A stretch of 64,000 nucleotides of DNA, taken from positions 2,464,001 through 2,528,000 of the forward strand of contig CBDBCZ010000019.1 in the NCBI GenBank assembly GCA_965203295.1, in the 5' to 3' direction. This document shows positions 10,332 through 21,193 of this stretch, piece after piece; positions within the stretch are counted from its first letter, which is position 1, and each line of letters opens with the position of its first letter. The notes below the pieces were generated by a model, which worked only from the letters and a program-made list of their open reading frames with translations, was not told the origin of the DNA and did not search any database. A program made the translations under genes and the position numbers. This stretch comes from Nitrospirales bacterium. Its GTDB lineage: Bacteria; Nitrospirota; Nitrospiria; Nitrospirales; UBA8639.

Positions 10332-11828
10332 TCAACTACCCAGGAGGCTGGTTAGCCCTGTCGAGGAGGCGGTTTGACTGGATAGGTTGGAGAACATGAG
10401 CGTCGCCGCCACTGCCCATTCGATGAAAGGCTTGGGATAGATACCTAGAATCAGCGTTCCTGCTAAGCCCACATAGACGGCGGCTTTTAATGGGGGAGAG
10501 ACGGTGAGCGGTGTGGGATCAGACGGTTCATTGATGTACATCTTTTTGACGACGACGAGGTAATAGTACAGCGAGATCATGATATTAATGAGTCCCACGA
10601 TCAGGAGCGTGTAGAGTTCTTGTTCAATGGCGGCAACAAAGATATACAGTTTGCCGATAAAACCAGCTAATGGGGGAACGCCCGCCAACGAGAGCAGGAA
10701 GATCAGCATGGCGGCCGCCAGAAATGGCGAACGTCGGTTCAGTCCGTTGTAATCTTCAATTTCATCGCTCTTAATCAGGTTGCTCACACCAATGACAACG
10801 GCAAAAGCACCCAAGTTAGCGAAGAGGTAGGCAAGCAGGTAGAACATGATGGCGTCACTGCCGCGCTTGGTGCCGGCGGCTAAACCAATCATCACATTGC
10901 CGATTTGTGCAATTCCTGAATAGGCCAACAACCGCTTGATGTTCTTTTGGGCAATGGCGACGATGTTTCCGTAGGTCATCGACAAGATGGCTGCCACAAC
11001 AAACAGCAGTACCCACATGGGCTTGAAATTGGCCAGGGCGACGTAGAACATGCGGATCAAAATGGCTATGGCCGCGCCTTTAGGCGCAATGGAAAGAAAA
11101 GCCGTGACCGGTGTGGGTGCCCCCTGATAGGTATCCGGTATCCAAGAATGGAACGGAACCGCGCCAATTTTGAAACCGAGCGCTGCGAATATCAGTACAA
11201 ACCCAATCGCCAGACCATAGCTACCGCTTACCCCGGTCATTTTTGAAAATACGAGTGTGCCGGTCTCGCCGTATACCAAACTGATCCCATACGCTAACAA
11301 ACCCGCCGCAAAGACACCCAGGATGAAAAACTTCAACCCGGCTTCGCTGGATCTGAGATCGTCTCGGAGATAAGCCACCAGGACGTAAAATCCGAAGGTT
11401 GAAAACTCCAACGTCACAAAGACCGACAAGAGATCCTGAGCCGAGGCCATGAACATCATGCCCAAGGCCGAAATCATGACAAGAAAATAGTACTCCCCCT
11501 TAAAAAACCTAAAGGATTTGACGTAGTCGATGGAAATAAGAATGATCAATCCGGTGGAAAGCACCACGAATATCTTGAAGAACAGCGCTAATCGGTCCAG
11601 CACAAACATATCCTGGAACAAAGCTCCCGTCACGCCACTCACGTCAAACCAAATCAGCATGAGCAAGGTAGCCCCCAGTCCACCAACACTGAGATAGGCA
11701 AGGGTTTTGTGGTCGACTGATCGCATGGAGAAATCGACACTCAGGACGAAGCACAACCAGAGCGTTAGAAAGATTTCCGGCGCTAATAAAAGAAGATCTG
11801 AACCAGAGAGAATTAAATCAAACGTCAT
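10332..11828 (-). CDS. nuoN: NADH-quinone oxidoreductase subunit N
   Basis: EAGLKFF, FKIGAVPFHSWIPDTYQGAPTP, KRLLAYSGIA, SLAGVPPLAGF; last gene of the operon. Confidence 0.95.
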   Translation of the reverse strand: MTFDLILSGSDLLLLAPEIFLTLWLCFVLSVDFSMRSVDHKTLAYLSVGGLGATLLMLIWFDVSGVTGALFQDMFVLDRLALFFKIFVVLSTGLIILISIDYVKSFRFFKGEYYFLVMISALGMMFMASAQDLLSVFVTLEFSTFGFYVLVAYLRDDLRSSEAGLKFFILGVFAAGLLAYGISLVYGETGTLVFSKMTGVSGSYGLAIGFVLIFAALGFKIGAVPFHSWIPDTYQGAPTPVTAFLSIAPKGAAIAILIRMFYVALANFKPMWVLLFVVAAILSMTYGNIVAIAQKNIKRLLAYSGIAQIGNVMIGLAAGTKRGSDAIMFYLLAYLFANLGAFAVVIGVSNLIKSDEIEDYNGLNRRSPFLAAAMLIFLLSLAGVPPLAGFIGKLYIFVAAIEQELYTLLIVGLINIMISLYYYLVVVKKMYINEPSDPTPLTVSPPLKAAVYVGLAGTLILGIYPKPFIEWAVAATLMFSNLSSQTASSTGLTSLLGS

Positions 11829-11834
11829 GTCAAA

Positions 11835-13436
11835 TTACGGCAATAAGCCCGTGCTGTGTTGAGTCACCATCGGGGCTACGTGATTAATCCGGTCAAGCAT
11901 CGGGACCACGGTTGACTGGACGATGTCATAGAAATGCCCAGGGAAAATCCCAAAGGCAATGCTGCATCCAATCATAAGTAACAGGGGCAGTCGATTGACA
12001 ATGCGCACGGCATCCTGGGTGTGGCTATATTCGGGAGACATCTTTCCGTAAAACAGCCCACGCATCATCCTGAACAAATACGCCATCGTGAGGACAATGC
12101 CTATGACCGCCACAATGACTTGGAACGGATACTTCTGCCAGCTCCCGACAATAATCATCACTTCGGCGATGAAATTCACCGTCCCCGGCATTCCGATCGA
12201 AGCCATGCAGGCCACGATAAAGCAGCCGGACACGAAGGGCATTCTGTCGACCAGTCCGCCTAATGACGGAATATCCCGAGAGTGGGTTTGATCATACACC
12301 CAACCTGCCATGGCAAAGAGCATCCCAGTGGCCAAGGCATGGGCAAACATGTAAATGACCGCGCCAGTCAGACTGATGTAGTCCAATGCCGCCATTCCCA
12401 AAAAGATATAGCCCATATGGCTAGAGCTGGAGTACCCGATGACGTATTTTGTGTCTTTGGCAAAGTACGACACCAGTCCGCCGTAAATGATGCTAAAGAC
12501 GCAGAGGATAGCCGCAATAGGAATCAACTCTCGTGTGGTTTCGGGGAATATTTCAAACGCCACACGGATAATCGAGAAGTGCCCGAGTTTCATCAGAACG
12601 CCGGCATGCAACATACTGGTCGCCGCCGGCGCGGCCGCATGACCGACAGGAGACCATGAATGCAGAGGCCAAATCGGCGCAATGGACGCAAAGCCAAAGA
12701 ACACCAGCAGCCAAATGATGATGGCCAGTGTCCCGTTTTCTGGAATGCCACCTTGTTCTCTGAGTTGGACGATGTCGAAGGTTTGCATGCCTGAGAAGTG
12801 ATAGATCAAAAGGATCCCCATGAGCGCAAACACTGCCCCCGCCGAAAGGAACAATGTCAACTTCATGGCAGCGTACTCTTTACTATTGAAGGCAAAATTC
12901 AGAATGAATCCAACAGAATCTCGTTTCTTGACCCCTTCAGGATCGGTCATGCCAAGATATCCCTTGGTATGACTGCCCCACACTCCTAGGAGTAGATACA
13001 TAGGCAACACGGACATTTCATAAAAGAAGTACAGGAAGAACAGATCCAAGGACATAAAAACGCCAATTGTAGCCGCCGCCAGGATCAGCAAGAAGATGTA
13101 AAACTCTTTGGTGCGGTCGTGGATGTGCCAAGAGATGAAGATTCCAGCAAACAAAAGAATGGCCGAGGCAAAGACCAAGGGCCCGCCAATACCATCGACG
13201 CCTACATAGAAGGAAATGCCAATTTCTTCTGACCAGGCAAAGCGCTGAACAAATTGAAATCCCCCTTTGATGGGGTCATAGGCAAAAAACACATACAGTG
13301 AGGCAAGCAAACTGATGCCGGCGGCACTTGCCGCCACCAAACGGACTAGGAGGGCTTCCCTGTTGGGAATAAACAACAGCACAACGGCTCCTACAAAGGG
13401 AGCAAAAAGAACGATGAGCAGTGAGTAATCAGCCAT
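11835..13436 (-). CDS. nuoM: NADH-quinone oxidoreductase subunit M, second copy
   Basis: Antiporter-like: FYEMSVLPMYLL, PLHSWSP, GMPGTVNFIAE. Follows another nuoM. Confidence 0.9.
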   Translation of the reverse strand: MADYSLLIVLFAPFVGAVVLLFIPNREALLVRLVAASAAGISLLASLYVFFAYDPIKGGFQFVQRFAWSEEIGISFYVGVDGIGGPLVFASAILLFAGIFISWHIHDRTKEFYIFLLILAAATIGVFMSLDLFFLYFFYEMSVLPMYLLLGVWGSHTKGYLGMTDPEGVKKRDSVGFILNFAFNSKEYAAMKLTLFLSAGAVFALMGILLIYHFSGMQTFDIVQLREQGGIPENGTLAIIIWLLVFFGFASIAPIWPLHSWSPVGHAAAPAATSMLHAGVLMKLGHFSIIRVAFEIFPETTRELIPIAAILCVFSIIYGGLVSYFAKDTKYVIGYSSSSHMGYIFLGMAALDYISLTGAVIYMFAHALATGMLFAMAGWVYDQTHSRDIPSLGGLVDRMPFVSGCFIVACMASIGMPGTVNFIAEVMIIVGSWQKYPFQVIVAVIGIVLTMAYLFRMMRGLFYGKMSPEYSHTQDAVRIVNRLPLLLMIGCSIAFGIFPGHFYDIVQSTVVPMLDRINHVAPMVTQHSTGLLP

Positions 13437-13440
13437 GTGT

Positions 13441-14994
13441 TTATTCTGCGATTATATGTGTGACGAGTGTCTGCTCATCGGCGACTTGGGCAATAGACCC
13501 CTGCTCCAATCGAATCATGACCTCTTTGACTGACCCATTGATCATCCGCAGAAATGGTGAGGGATAGAGTCCAATCCAAAAAATCATGACCGACAAGGCT
13601 ACGGCAATGAATTTCTCCCGCTGTGTCAGATCCTTAAGAGCCTGCGGTACTTTTTCAGAAAGCGGTCCAAAAATGGCGCGTTCGTAGTACCAGAGAAAAT
13701 ATGCGGCTGCAAAAATCACTCCGGACACAGCCACGAGTCCATAGAGCCAATGAGCCTGGAACGCTCCCAACAGAATTAAAAACTCCCCAATGAATCCGTT
13801 GGTTCCCGGAAGACCAATGGAAGCCATACCAATAATCAGGAAAAAGGTGGCTAATACTGGCAATTTGCTGGCCAACCCACCACAATTTTCAACCATCGTG
13901 TTCCCCAGCCGATCGTACAGAAAACCCGCGAGGAAAAAGAGCCCGGCCGTGGTGAAACCTAAATTGATCATCTGCAGGAGACTTCCCTGGATACCCTGAA
14001 AATTCAAGGCAAAAAGGCCAAGGACGACAAACCCCAAGTGGCTGATACTGCTAAACACCAAGAGTCGCCTGAAGTCAGCCTGGATAATGGCAATGATGGC
14101 CCCATACACAATGGCAATGATGGCCAGACCCATGACAATGCCCACGACGGTGTCATTGGTTGAGGCTTCCGGCAATAGCGGGAAACTAAATCGGAGAAAA
14201 CCGTACGTCCCCAGCTTCACCCCTGCCAACACGACCGACATGCCAATAGGTCCTTGAACCAGAGTGTCCGGCAACCAAGTATGGAATGGGAACATAGGAG
14301 CCTTGAACGCCAACCCCAAAAAGATCAGCCAAAAAATGAGAATCTGTTGGCTAAGAGGAACAGGCACCTTCATCAATTCCAGCAAATCGAAACTATACGT
14401 TTGAGTCACGTTATGGTAATTGATACTCAGAATCGCAAATCCCACGAGCATAAACACGCTGCCCATCAACGTGTAGAGCACATACTTCAAGGCGGCATAC
14501 TGCTTCTCCGCTCCTACTCCCCACAGTTTGATGAGGAAGTAACTCGGGATCAGCATGAGTTCCCAAAATACGAAGAACACAATCAAATCGATCGAGACAA
14601 AAATGCCAATGATGGTCGTTTCGAGGGCCAACACGCTCATGAAATAGGGTTTGATATTCTCCTTCACGGAATCCCAGGAATAGAGCACGATGAGCACCGT
14701 GAGGAAGGCGGTCAGGCCCACAAACAAGACACTGATTCCATCGACGGCCAGGTGATAGCTGATGCCTAATGGAGGAATCCAATTCAGGTGTTCACTAAAC
14801 TGCATCGCTGCCGAGTCAGGCACAAATCGCATTAACAATAGCGCTGAGAGGGCTAACTCCAGCACGGCTATCCCGAGGGCGGACTTCTTCAGTAAATCCT
14901 GATCACGTTGCCCCCAGAGGAGGATGGCTCCCAACAGAGGAAGGAAGATCAAGACGGACAGGATAGGAAATCCAAAAGTCAGTTCTTCTTGCAT
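13441..14994 (-). CDS. nuoM: NADH-quinone oxidoreductase subunit M, first copy
   Basis: VDGIS, FWELMLIP, KAPMFPFHTWLPD, GLPGTNGFIGEF. Confidence 0.95.
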   Translation of the reverse strand: MQEELTFGFPILSVLIFLPLLGAILLWGQRDQDLLKKSALGIAVLELALSALLLMRFVPDSAAMQFSEHLNWIPPLGISYHLAVDGISVLFVGLTAFLTVLIVLYSWDSVKENIKPYFMSVLALETTIIGIFVSIDLIVFFVFWELMLIPSYFLIKLWGVGAEKQYAALKYVLYTLMGSVFMLVGFAILSINYHNVTQTYSFDLLELMKVPVPLSQQILIFWLIFLGLAFKAPMFPFHTWLPDTLVQGPIGMSVVLAGVKLGTYGFLRFSFPLLPEASTNDTVVGIVMGLAIIAIVYGAIIAIIQADFRRLLVFSSISHLGFVVLGLFALNFQGIQGSLLQMINLGFTTAGLFFLAGFLYDRLGNTMVENCGGLASKLPVLATFFLIIGMASIGLPGTNGFIGEFLILLGAFQAHWLYGLVAVSGVIFAAAYFLWYYERAIFGPLSEKVPQALKDLTQREKFIAVALSVMIFWIGLYPSPFLRMINGSVKEVMIRLEQGSIAQVADEQTLVTHIIAE

Positions 14995-15016
14995 ACGCTG
15001 TTACTCGAAACGTCCC

Positions 15017-16999
15017 TTACAATATCGATGTGCCGGTGAGCCACAGAATCACGATATGCACGAGTAAAAACAATCCCACCACAATCACCGCTGCATAGTG
15101 ATGGACCATCCCGCTTTGCAATTTTCTCCACGACCGGGCCGCGAGGTGGTTTGCATACCCTATAATGTTGAGGCCACCGTAGATCACATGTTTTTCAGTC
15201 CAGGTCACACCAGCCGAGCTGTAATCGGTCATCCGTCCAACTCCCTTGACGATCTCATCAATCACCTTTCGGTCCAACCAATCCCAGAGCATGCCCAATT
15301 TCTTGCAAGGCTCGACAAAGATGCTGTCATAGAGTTCATCAACGTAATATTTGTTCAATAAGGTCTTATAGGCTCCAGGGGAACGCTCGGCTAAGCGATC
15401 GGCAGCCTTGGGCACAACCGAATAGAGATAATGCGCAGTCGCCCAACCTCCCAGAGCAATGACAATCGTAACCGCCATGAGTCCAAGTAGTAACCCTGTA
15501 CCAACTTCATGGACCTCGGCCCCAACGGGAGTGGCCACCTGCGCCAGATATCCGTGGAACCACCCATGTTCCGGTAGAACACCAAGAAATCCTCCGACCA
15601 GCGCCAAGGCCGCTAAAATCACCAAGGGTGTCGTCATGACTCTCGGGGATTCATGAATATGGTGTGCAACTTCTGGATCTACCCGAGATTGTCCATAGAA
15701 AGTCAGGTAGGTCAGCCTGAACATATAGAAGGCAGTAAGAAAAGCCCCGAAAGCAGCGAGGAGGTATAAGCCGTAATGTCCATGCACGAACGCATGAGCC
15801 ATGATCTCATCTTTACTCCAAAACCCTGCGAGAGGAGGAATCCCAGCGATAGCAAGAGTGCCCACGAGGAAAACCTTATACGTTAACGGGATTTTGTTCG
15901 AAAGACCTCCCATTTTTCGAATATCCTGCTCTCCACCTAACGCATGGATGACTGACCCAGCCGACAAGAACAAAAGGGCTTTGAAAAACGCATGTGTCAT
16001 CAGGTGGAAAATAGCGGCAACGTAGGCGCCCACCCCGCATGCTAAAAACATGTAGCCCAATTGGCTGACCGTCGAATACGCCAGCACCCGCTTAATATCG
16101 TTCTGCACCAGACCAATCGTGGCCGCAAACAGAGCCGTTACTCCCCCGATCCAACCGACTGCACCCATCGCTACTGGCGACATGTCGTACAACACATGGG
16201 TCCGCACAACCATATAGACACCGGCCGTGACCATCGTCGCCGCATGAATGAGCGCACTGACCGGGGTCGGGCCTTCCATCGCATCCGGCAGCCAGGTGTA
16301 GAGCGGAATTTGCGCTGACTTTCCAATCGCCCCGACCAACAAACACAATGCAATGGCTGTGGCCATTTCCGTGGAAAGTTGATGTGCCAGAGGCAGGACG
16401 TGAGTGTAGTCAAAGGATTGAAAATTCGAGAACACCAAAAAGATAGCCAGTAAGAATCCAGCATCTCCAATACGATTCACTACAAAGGCTTTCGTGGCGG
16501 CTTTCGCTGCGGACACCCGTTCGAAGTAATAACCGATTAACAGGTAGGAGCACAGACCGACGCCTTCCCACCCAATGAAGAGCACCAAAAAATTGTTTCC
16601 CATGACCAAAAGAAGCATGGAGACGGTAAACAGATTCATATAGGTGAAGAATCGAGTGAACCCTTCCTCTCCATGCATATACCCAATTGAGTACATGTGA
16701 ATCAGGAACCCTACTCCAGTGACCACCAACAACATGATCGTGGTTAACGGGTCGATGAGAAATCCCATATTGATCGTCAGGGTGTCCCCGAAAATCCAGG
16801 TGTACGCGATGACCTCATGAGCTTGACCTGTTGAGACCATGTTGCCGAACACGGCGAGAGAACACAGGAAGGATAAGCCTACCGAGCCGACAGCTATTCG
16901 CCCAGCCAGACCAGGAGCATACCGATGCCCAAGCAGGCCGTTGATGAGGACTGCAGTCAGGGGAAAGACAGGGATGAGGATGACAAGAAGCTCTAACAC
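15017..16999 (-). CDS. nuoL: NADH-quinone oxidoreductase subunit L
   Basis: GWEGVGLCSYLL, GKSAQIPLYTWLPDAMEGPTPVSALIHAATMV; GTG start. Confidence 0.96.
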   Translation of the reverse strand: MLELLVILIPVFPLTAVLINGLLGHRYAPGLAGRIAVGSVGLSFLCSLAVFGNMVSTGQAHEVIAYTWIFGDTLTINMGFLIDPLTTIMLLVVTGVGFLIHMYSIGYMHGEEGFTRFFTYMNLFTVSMLLLVMGNNFLVLFIGWEGVGLCSYLLIGYYFERVSAAKAATKAFVVNRIGDAGFLLAIFLVFSNFQSFDYTHVLPLAHQLSTEMATAIALCLLVGAIGKSAQIPLYTWLPDAMEGPTPVSALIHAATMVTAGVYMVVRTHVLYDMSPVAMGAVGWIGGVTALFAATIGLVQNDIKRVLAYSTVSQLGYMFLACGVGAYVAAIFHLMTHAFFKALLFLSAGSVIHALGGEQDIRKMGGLSNKIPLTYKVFLVGTLAIAGIPPLAGFWSKDEIMAHAFVHGHYGLYLLAAFGAFLTAFYMFRLTYLTFYGQSRVDPEVAHHIHESPRVMTTPLVILAALALVGGFLGVLPEHGWFHGYLAQVATPVGAEVHEVGTGLLLGLMAVTIVIALGGWATAHYLYSVVPKAADRLAERSPGAYKTLLNKYYVDELYDSIFVEPCKKLGMLWDWLDRKVIDEIVKGVGRMTDYSSAGVTWTEKHVIYGGLNIIGYANHLAARSWRKLQSGMVHHYAAVIVVGLFLLVHIVILWLTGTSIL

Positions 17000-17000
17000 G

Positions 17001-17303
17001 CTACCATTTCAGGAGATTAATCTGATCAACGTTCGTCGCAATTTTTCCTCGGAAAACCACAATAATGATGGCCAACCCCACGGCAGCCTCCCCTGCGGCA
17101 ATGGCGATGACGAACAGTGCTGCCATTTGTCCAGCCATCGACTCCAAGTAATGAGAGAACGCCACTAAATTAATATTCGCGGCATTCAGCATAATTTCAA
17201 CCGACATGAGCACAATGATGAAGTTCCGACGGATCAACACACCCAACAAACCCGTCATGAACAAGATCGCACTCAACCCAACATACGCAGACAAAGGAAT
17301 CAT
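17001..17303 (-). CDS. nuoK: NADH-quinone oxidoreductase subunit K
   Basis: [27 protein letters not shown]. Confidence 0.96.
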   Translation of the reverse strand: MIPLSAYVGLSAILFMTGLLGVLIRRNFIIVLMSVEIMLNAANINLVAFSHYLESMAGQMAALFVIAIAAGEAAVGLAIIIVVFRGKIATNVDQINLLKW

Positions 17304-17312
17304 GATGTTTCG

Positions 17313-17846
17313 TTACGACGGAAGTGAATCCGGTTTATGATCCGACGCGGGAGGTGTTTTGGCTAACACAATGGCCCCGATAATGGCACCCAAGAGAAAC
17401 ACGCCCACAATTTCAAAAAGCAACAGGTAATCGCTAAACATGGTAATCCCAACGGCTTGACTATTCCCCACTCCAAGAACAACTTCAGTCGTTGCTTTGC
17501 CTTTCATCCCTCCATAAGGCGACAGCATCGTGAGAAGCAACAATTCTCCTAAAATTCCAACTCCAGCGAAGAGTAAGAACGCATATTTTCTGTGGAGATA
17601 CTGTTCTTCTGTCTTGAGGTTCAAGAGCATGAGGACAAACAGATAGAGAACCAAAATGGCACCGGCATACACAATGATCTGCACGGCAAAAAGGAATTCT
17701 GCGTTGAGGAGAACAAAAAGGCCAGCCACATGCAGCAACAGAGCAAGCAAGGCTAGCCCACAATGCACAGGGCTCCGTAGCGCCACGGTGCAAACCCCGG
17801 CAAGGATACTCACCGTGGCAAAATACCCAAAAAGAAGATACATCAT
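17313..17846 (-). CDS. nuoJ: NADH-quinone oxidoreductase subunit J
   Basis: AEFLFAVQIIVYAGAILVLYLFVLMLL. Confidence 0.95.
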   Translation of the reverse strand: MMYLLFGYFATVSILAGVCTVALRSPVHCGLALLALLLHVAGLFVLLNAEFLFAVQIIVYAGAILVLYLFVLMLLNLKTEEQYLHRKYAFLLFAGVGILGELLLLTMLSPYGGMKGKATTEVVLGVGNSQAVGITMFSDYLLLFEIVGVFLLGAIIGAIVLAKTPPASDHKPDSLPS

Positions 17847-17855
17847 GCTGATGCG

Positions 17856-18425
17856 TTAAGAATCTTTGGCGTTTTGAACCGGCTGAGGAAAATGATAGCG
17901 GTAGGCGAGGCTCTCTTCACCCTCTTTTTCTTGATTATGAGCATATAAATACTTCTTGGCATCCTCTATATAGATTTCACTGATTTCGTAGAGCCGCTTT
18001 TTGTCAAACAGAAGGGTTCGTTTGTCATGTGTGGAAAATTCATACAGCTTGGTCATGGCTAAGGCATTCACCGGACAGGCTTCCACACAATAGCCACAGA
18101 ACACGCATTTAGTGATATCAATGTAAAACTCCGATGCGTATCGCTCTAAAGGCAAGGATTTATCTTCTTCACTGATAACTTTAATACAGCGCGACGGACA
18201 GGCTGCTTCACACAGATCGCAGCCGACACACCGTTCTTTCCCATTATCATAACGCAACAGCCCTAAGGCTCCTCGATGGGCATCCGGAATGGTCCTCTTT
18301 TCCCGTGGATATTGGAAGGTCGTGGGCCGATGAAACATATGCTTGAAAGTCACCTTCATGGCTTGCCATATCTCACGAAACAGGACGGCATCCAAGAATT
18401 TCTTGCTCGTGCTGGTGTCGGACAT
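17856..18425 (-). CDS. nuoI: NADH-quinone oxidoreductase subunit I
   Basis: Two CxxCxxCxxxCP motifs; TFQYP. Confidence 0.95.
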   Translation of the reverse strand: MSDTSTSKKFLDAVLFREIWQAMKVTFKHMFHRPTTFQYPREKRTIPDAHRGALGLLRYDNGKERCVGCDLCEAACPSRCIKVISEEDKSLPLERYASEFYIDITKCVFCGYCVEACPVNALAMTKLYEFSTHDKRTLLFDKKRLYEISEIYIEDAKKYLYAHNQEKEGEESLAYRYHFPQPVQNAKDS

Positions 18426-18446
18426 CTATCGACAACGCTCCTTCAT

Positions 18447-21140
18447 TTACACCTTCTCAATGGACACTCGGGTTAATTTGAAATATGGAACCTGGGTGAT
18501 AGGATCAAACTCAACAGGCATGAGATCTTTAATGGGTGGATCATTAAAATGTTCCGGCACGACACAACTCCCAGGAAGCAAGGCGTAATCGGGCTTGACC
18601 TGTAATTCCACATTCCCGATATCAGACGTCACACGAACACCATCTCCGTCGCTGATCCCTAACCGTTCTATATCTTCAGGACACATTCGTAGATGCTTGG
18701 AATTAGGAGCAAGCAACATCAAGCCTGATGCCTGAGTTGAGAGTTTCCCGGAATGATACAAGAGTTGAACCATTCTCAACGTAAAAGGACGTTCCTTAGT
18801 CGGCTCTGTCCCCACTTGGCCATATCGTGAATGGAGTGCTTGAGCATACCCATTGCTGAGATATGGCGTCAGATTTGCTTCCACTTTCTTGGGTTGTCCC
18901 AGATTATAGTAACCAGGCAACAATTTGCGAATCTCAACTTGAATATCTTGTGTGGACTCATAGTCCATATGGGCGCCAAGCCCATTGGCAAGTCCCACAA
19001 AAACATGCCAATCCAAGACGCTATCTCCCAACAGGTCTAGTGCGGGCCGAACGTATTGAACTTTGCCCTCTTGATTCGTGACTGTTCCGTCTTTCTCTGC
19101 AAAAGTACAAGCAGGAAATACAATATGCGCAAGATTTCCCGTTTCTGTTAAGAACGGATCCTGGCAAATCAAGACCTCCAGATTAGAAAGCGCCTCTTTA
19201 ACTCCCCACGAGGACGGCAAAGTCTCTAGCGGATTTTCACCAACCAGGTATAACGCTTTAATCTCCCCGCTTCGACAGCGTTTGAGGATCTCTATCAAGT
19301 TGGTACTTTTTCCTTCTTGAGGAAGGCCTTTCCCCCAAAACGTGGACAATTTCTCTCTCGCTGTCGAGTCATCGAAAGCGCCGAGACCAGGCAACCATTC
19401 AGGGGCCACACCCATATCAAGAGCACCTTGTTCATTGGCCTCTTCTGTGAGTGTATTAATCCCGCACCCTGATTTCCCAATTTTTCCGGTGACCCACGCC
19501 AAATCCACAAGATTGAGAACGTTGCCGTATCCATTCGCTTGACGGAGGATGCCTTCGCCACACAGAATGACAGCTCGGGGAGCCTCAGCAAAAATCTTCG
19601 CAACTTCGTGTATAGACTCAACTGACACGCCCGTCGTCTTGGATATTTCCTCTAAAGATACTGGTTCAAGCGTCTGTTTCAGCGCAGAGAAGGCCTCCGG
19701 GAAACGTTCAGTGATCTCGGCATCGACCAAGTCCTGATCTATGACCGATTTCACCAGACCCTGCACCAACAGCCCCTCAGTACCTGGCGTTACCATCAAA
19801 GGATGAGAAGCCAGTTTGGCAATATTGGTTTGTGAGGAGTCAACCGCAATGACATGAGACTTATAGGTACCAATAGCCGCTTTGACCCGCAACGATGCCA
19901 CAGGATTGGTCTCGGTCACATTGGACCCAACCAGCAAGATCGCCTTGGCCTTTGTCAGGTCCTCAGACGTATTCATCATGCGACCGACTCCCAAGGTATG
20001 CTGCATCGCCCGAATAAAGTTGACATGGCTGTACCGGGCGCTACTATCAATTTGGTTGGTCTCAAGCACAGTCCTCATAAATTTCTGGAACAGGTACAGC
20101 TCTTCGTTTGTACATCGGGCCGTGATGAGTCCAGCAATGGCCTGCGGGCCGTATTGGGATTTGACAGAGGCTAATCGACCAGCTGCAAGATTTAACGCTT
20201 CGACCCAAGGGGTTTCTGACAAACTTTTCTCTGTTCGAACCAAGGGCTGGGACAATCGAGTCTTACTGTCGATGAATTGGAATCCAAATCGTCCACGGAC
20301 ACACAAGCCATCATGCCCATTCACGGTATCGGAGCGATCACCCCACTTATTTTTCCACGAGAGGGGTGAGGTCACTCGGACGACTTCGGTATCTTTCGTT
20401 TCGATGTACATTTGACAGCCGTCACCACAGTAGTTACAGATCGTCGTTGTTTTCTTGAGTTGCCAAGGCTTGTAGCCATATTTGGAGTATTTATTCGTGA
20501 TCGCCCCAACAGGACAGACAGCCAGGCAATCCCCACAGAATTCACAATCCAAAGGCTGATCACCCTTAGCAACAACCTGAGTGAACCCATCCTTCTTCAT
20601 AAATTGGAGGGCATCAATCCGTTGAACATCCTTGCAAATATTGATGCATTCACCACAGGCAATGCACCGATTCATATTAAAGTCCAACACCAGGCTTCGT
20701 GTATCCTCAGGGATATTCTTTTGCTTCGCATTCGCCAGATTGGTGACTTCGTGCTGGAACGCCATATCCTGTAATTCACAATGACCATCAGCATCACACA
20801 CTGGACAATCTAAAGGATGGACCGACAGATGCTTTTCCACGGCCTTTTTTCTGGCTAAAAAGAGTTCCTCCCCCGTTGTCTGGATCACCATGCCGGAAGT
20901 TGCCTTGGCAGTACAGGAACGCACCGGGGCTTTTTTCCCTTCTTGCAAGACCAAACACATACCACAGGATCCAAAAGGATCAAATGTATAGTGATAGCAC
21001 ATGGCAGGGACAATATTGCCAGTACTGGAAATGACATCGTACAGTGAGACGCCTTCGTTCGCCGTCACGACTTGACCATCGAGAGTCAACTCAATCGTGG
21101 GCACTTCGGCATCAGGTGTTGTGACTGGTTTTAATGCCAT
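18447..21140 (-). CDS. nuoG: NADH-quinone oxidoreductase subunit G (molybdopterin oxidoreductase fold)
   Basis: 2Fe-2S cysteines, HPLDCPVCDADGHCELQD, CIACGEC, CEFCGDC, CNYCGDGC; inside the nuo operon. Confidence 0.9.
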   Translation of the reverse strand: MALKPVTTPDAEVPTIELTLDGQVVTANEGVSLYDVISSTGNIVPAMCYHYTFDPFGSCGMCLVLQEGKKAPVRSCTAKATSGMVIQTTGEELFLARKKAVEKHLSVHPLDCPVCDADGHCELQDMAFQHEVTNLANAKQKNIPEDTRSLVLDFNMNRCIACGECINICKDVQRIDALQFMKKDGFTQVVAKGDQPLDCEFCGDCLAVCPVGAITNKYSKYGYKPWQLKKTTTICNYCGDGCQMYIETKDTEVVRVTSPLSWKNKWGDRSDTVNGHDGLCVRGRFGFQFIDSKTRLSQPLVRTEKSLSETPWVEALNLAAGRLASVKSQYGPQAIAGLITARCTNEELYLFQKFMRTVLETNQIDSSARYSHVNFIRAMQHTLGVGRMMNTSEDLTKAKAILLVGSNVTETNPVASLRVKAAIGTYKSHVIAVDSSQTNIAKLASHPLMVTPGTEGLLVQGLVKSVIDQDLVDAEITERFPEAFSALKQTLEPVSLEEISKTTGVSVESIHEVAKIFAEAPRAVILCGEGILRQANGYGNVLNLVDLAWVTGKIGKSGCGINTLTEEANEQGALDMGVAPEWLPGLGAFDDSTAREKLSTFWGKGLPQEGKSTNLIEILKRCRSGEIKALYLVGENPLETLPSSWGVKEALSNLEVLICQDPFLTETGNLAHIVFPACTFAEKDGTVTNQEGKVQYVRPALDLLGDSVLDWHVFVGLANGLGAHMDYESTQDIQVEIRKLLPGYYNLGQPKKVEANLTPYLSNGYAQALHSRYGQVGTEPTKERPFTLRMVQLLYHSGKLSTQASGLMLLAPNSKHLRMCPEDIERLGISDGDGVRVTSDIGNVELQVKPDYALLPGSCVVPEHFNDPPIKDLMPVEFDPITQVPYFKLTRVSIEKV

Positions 21141-21193
21141 ATACTCTTCCCTCTTCTCTTAACGAATTTCCCACTTTGTGACAAAGTGTCGTC

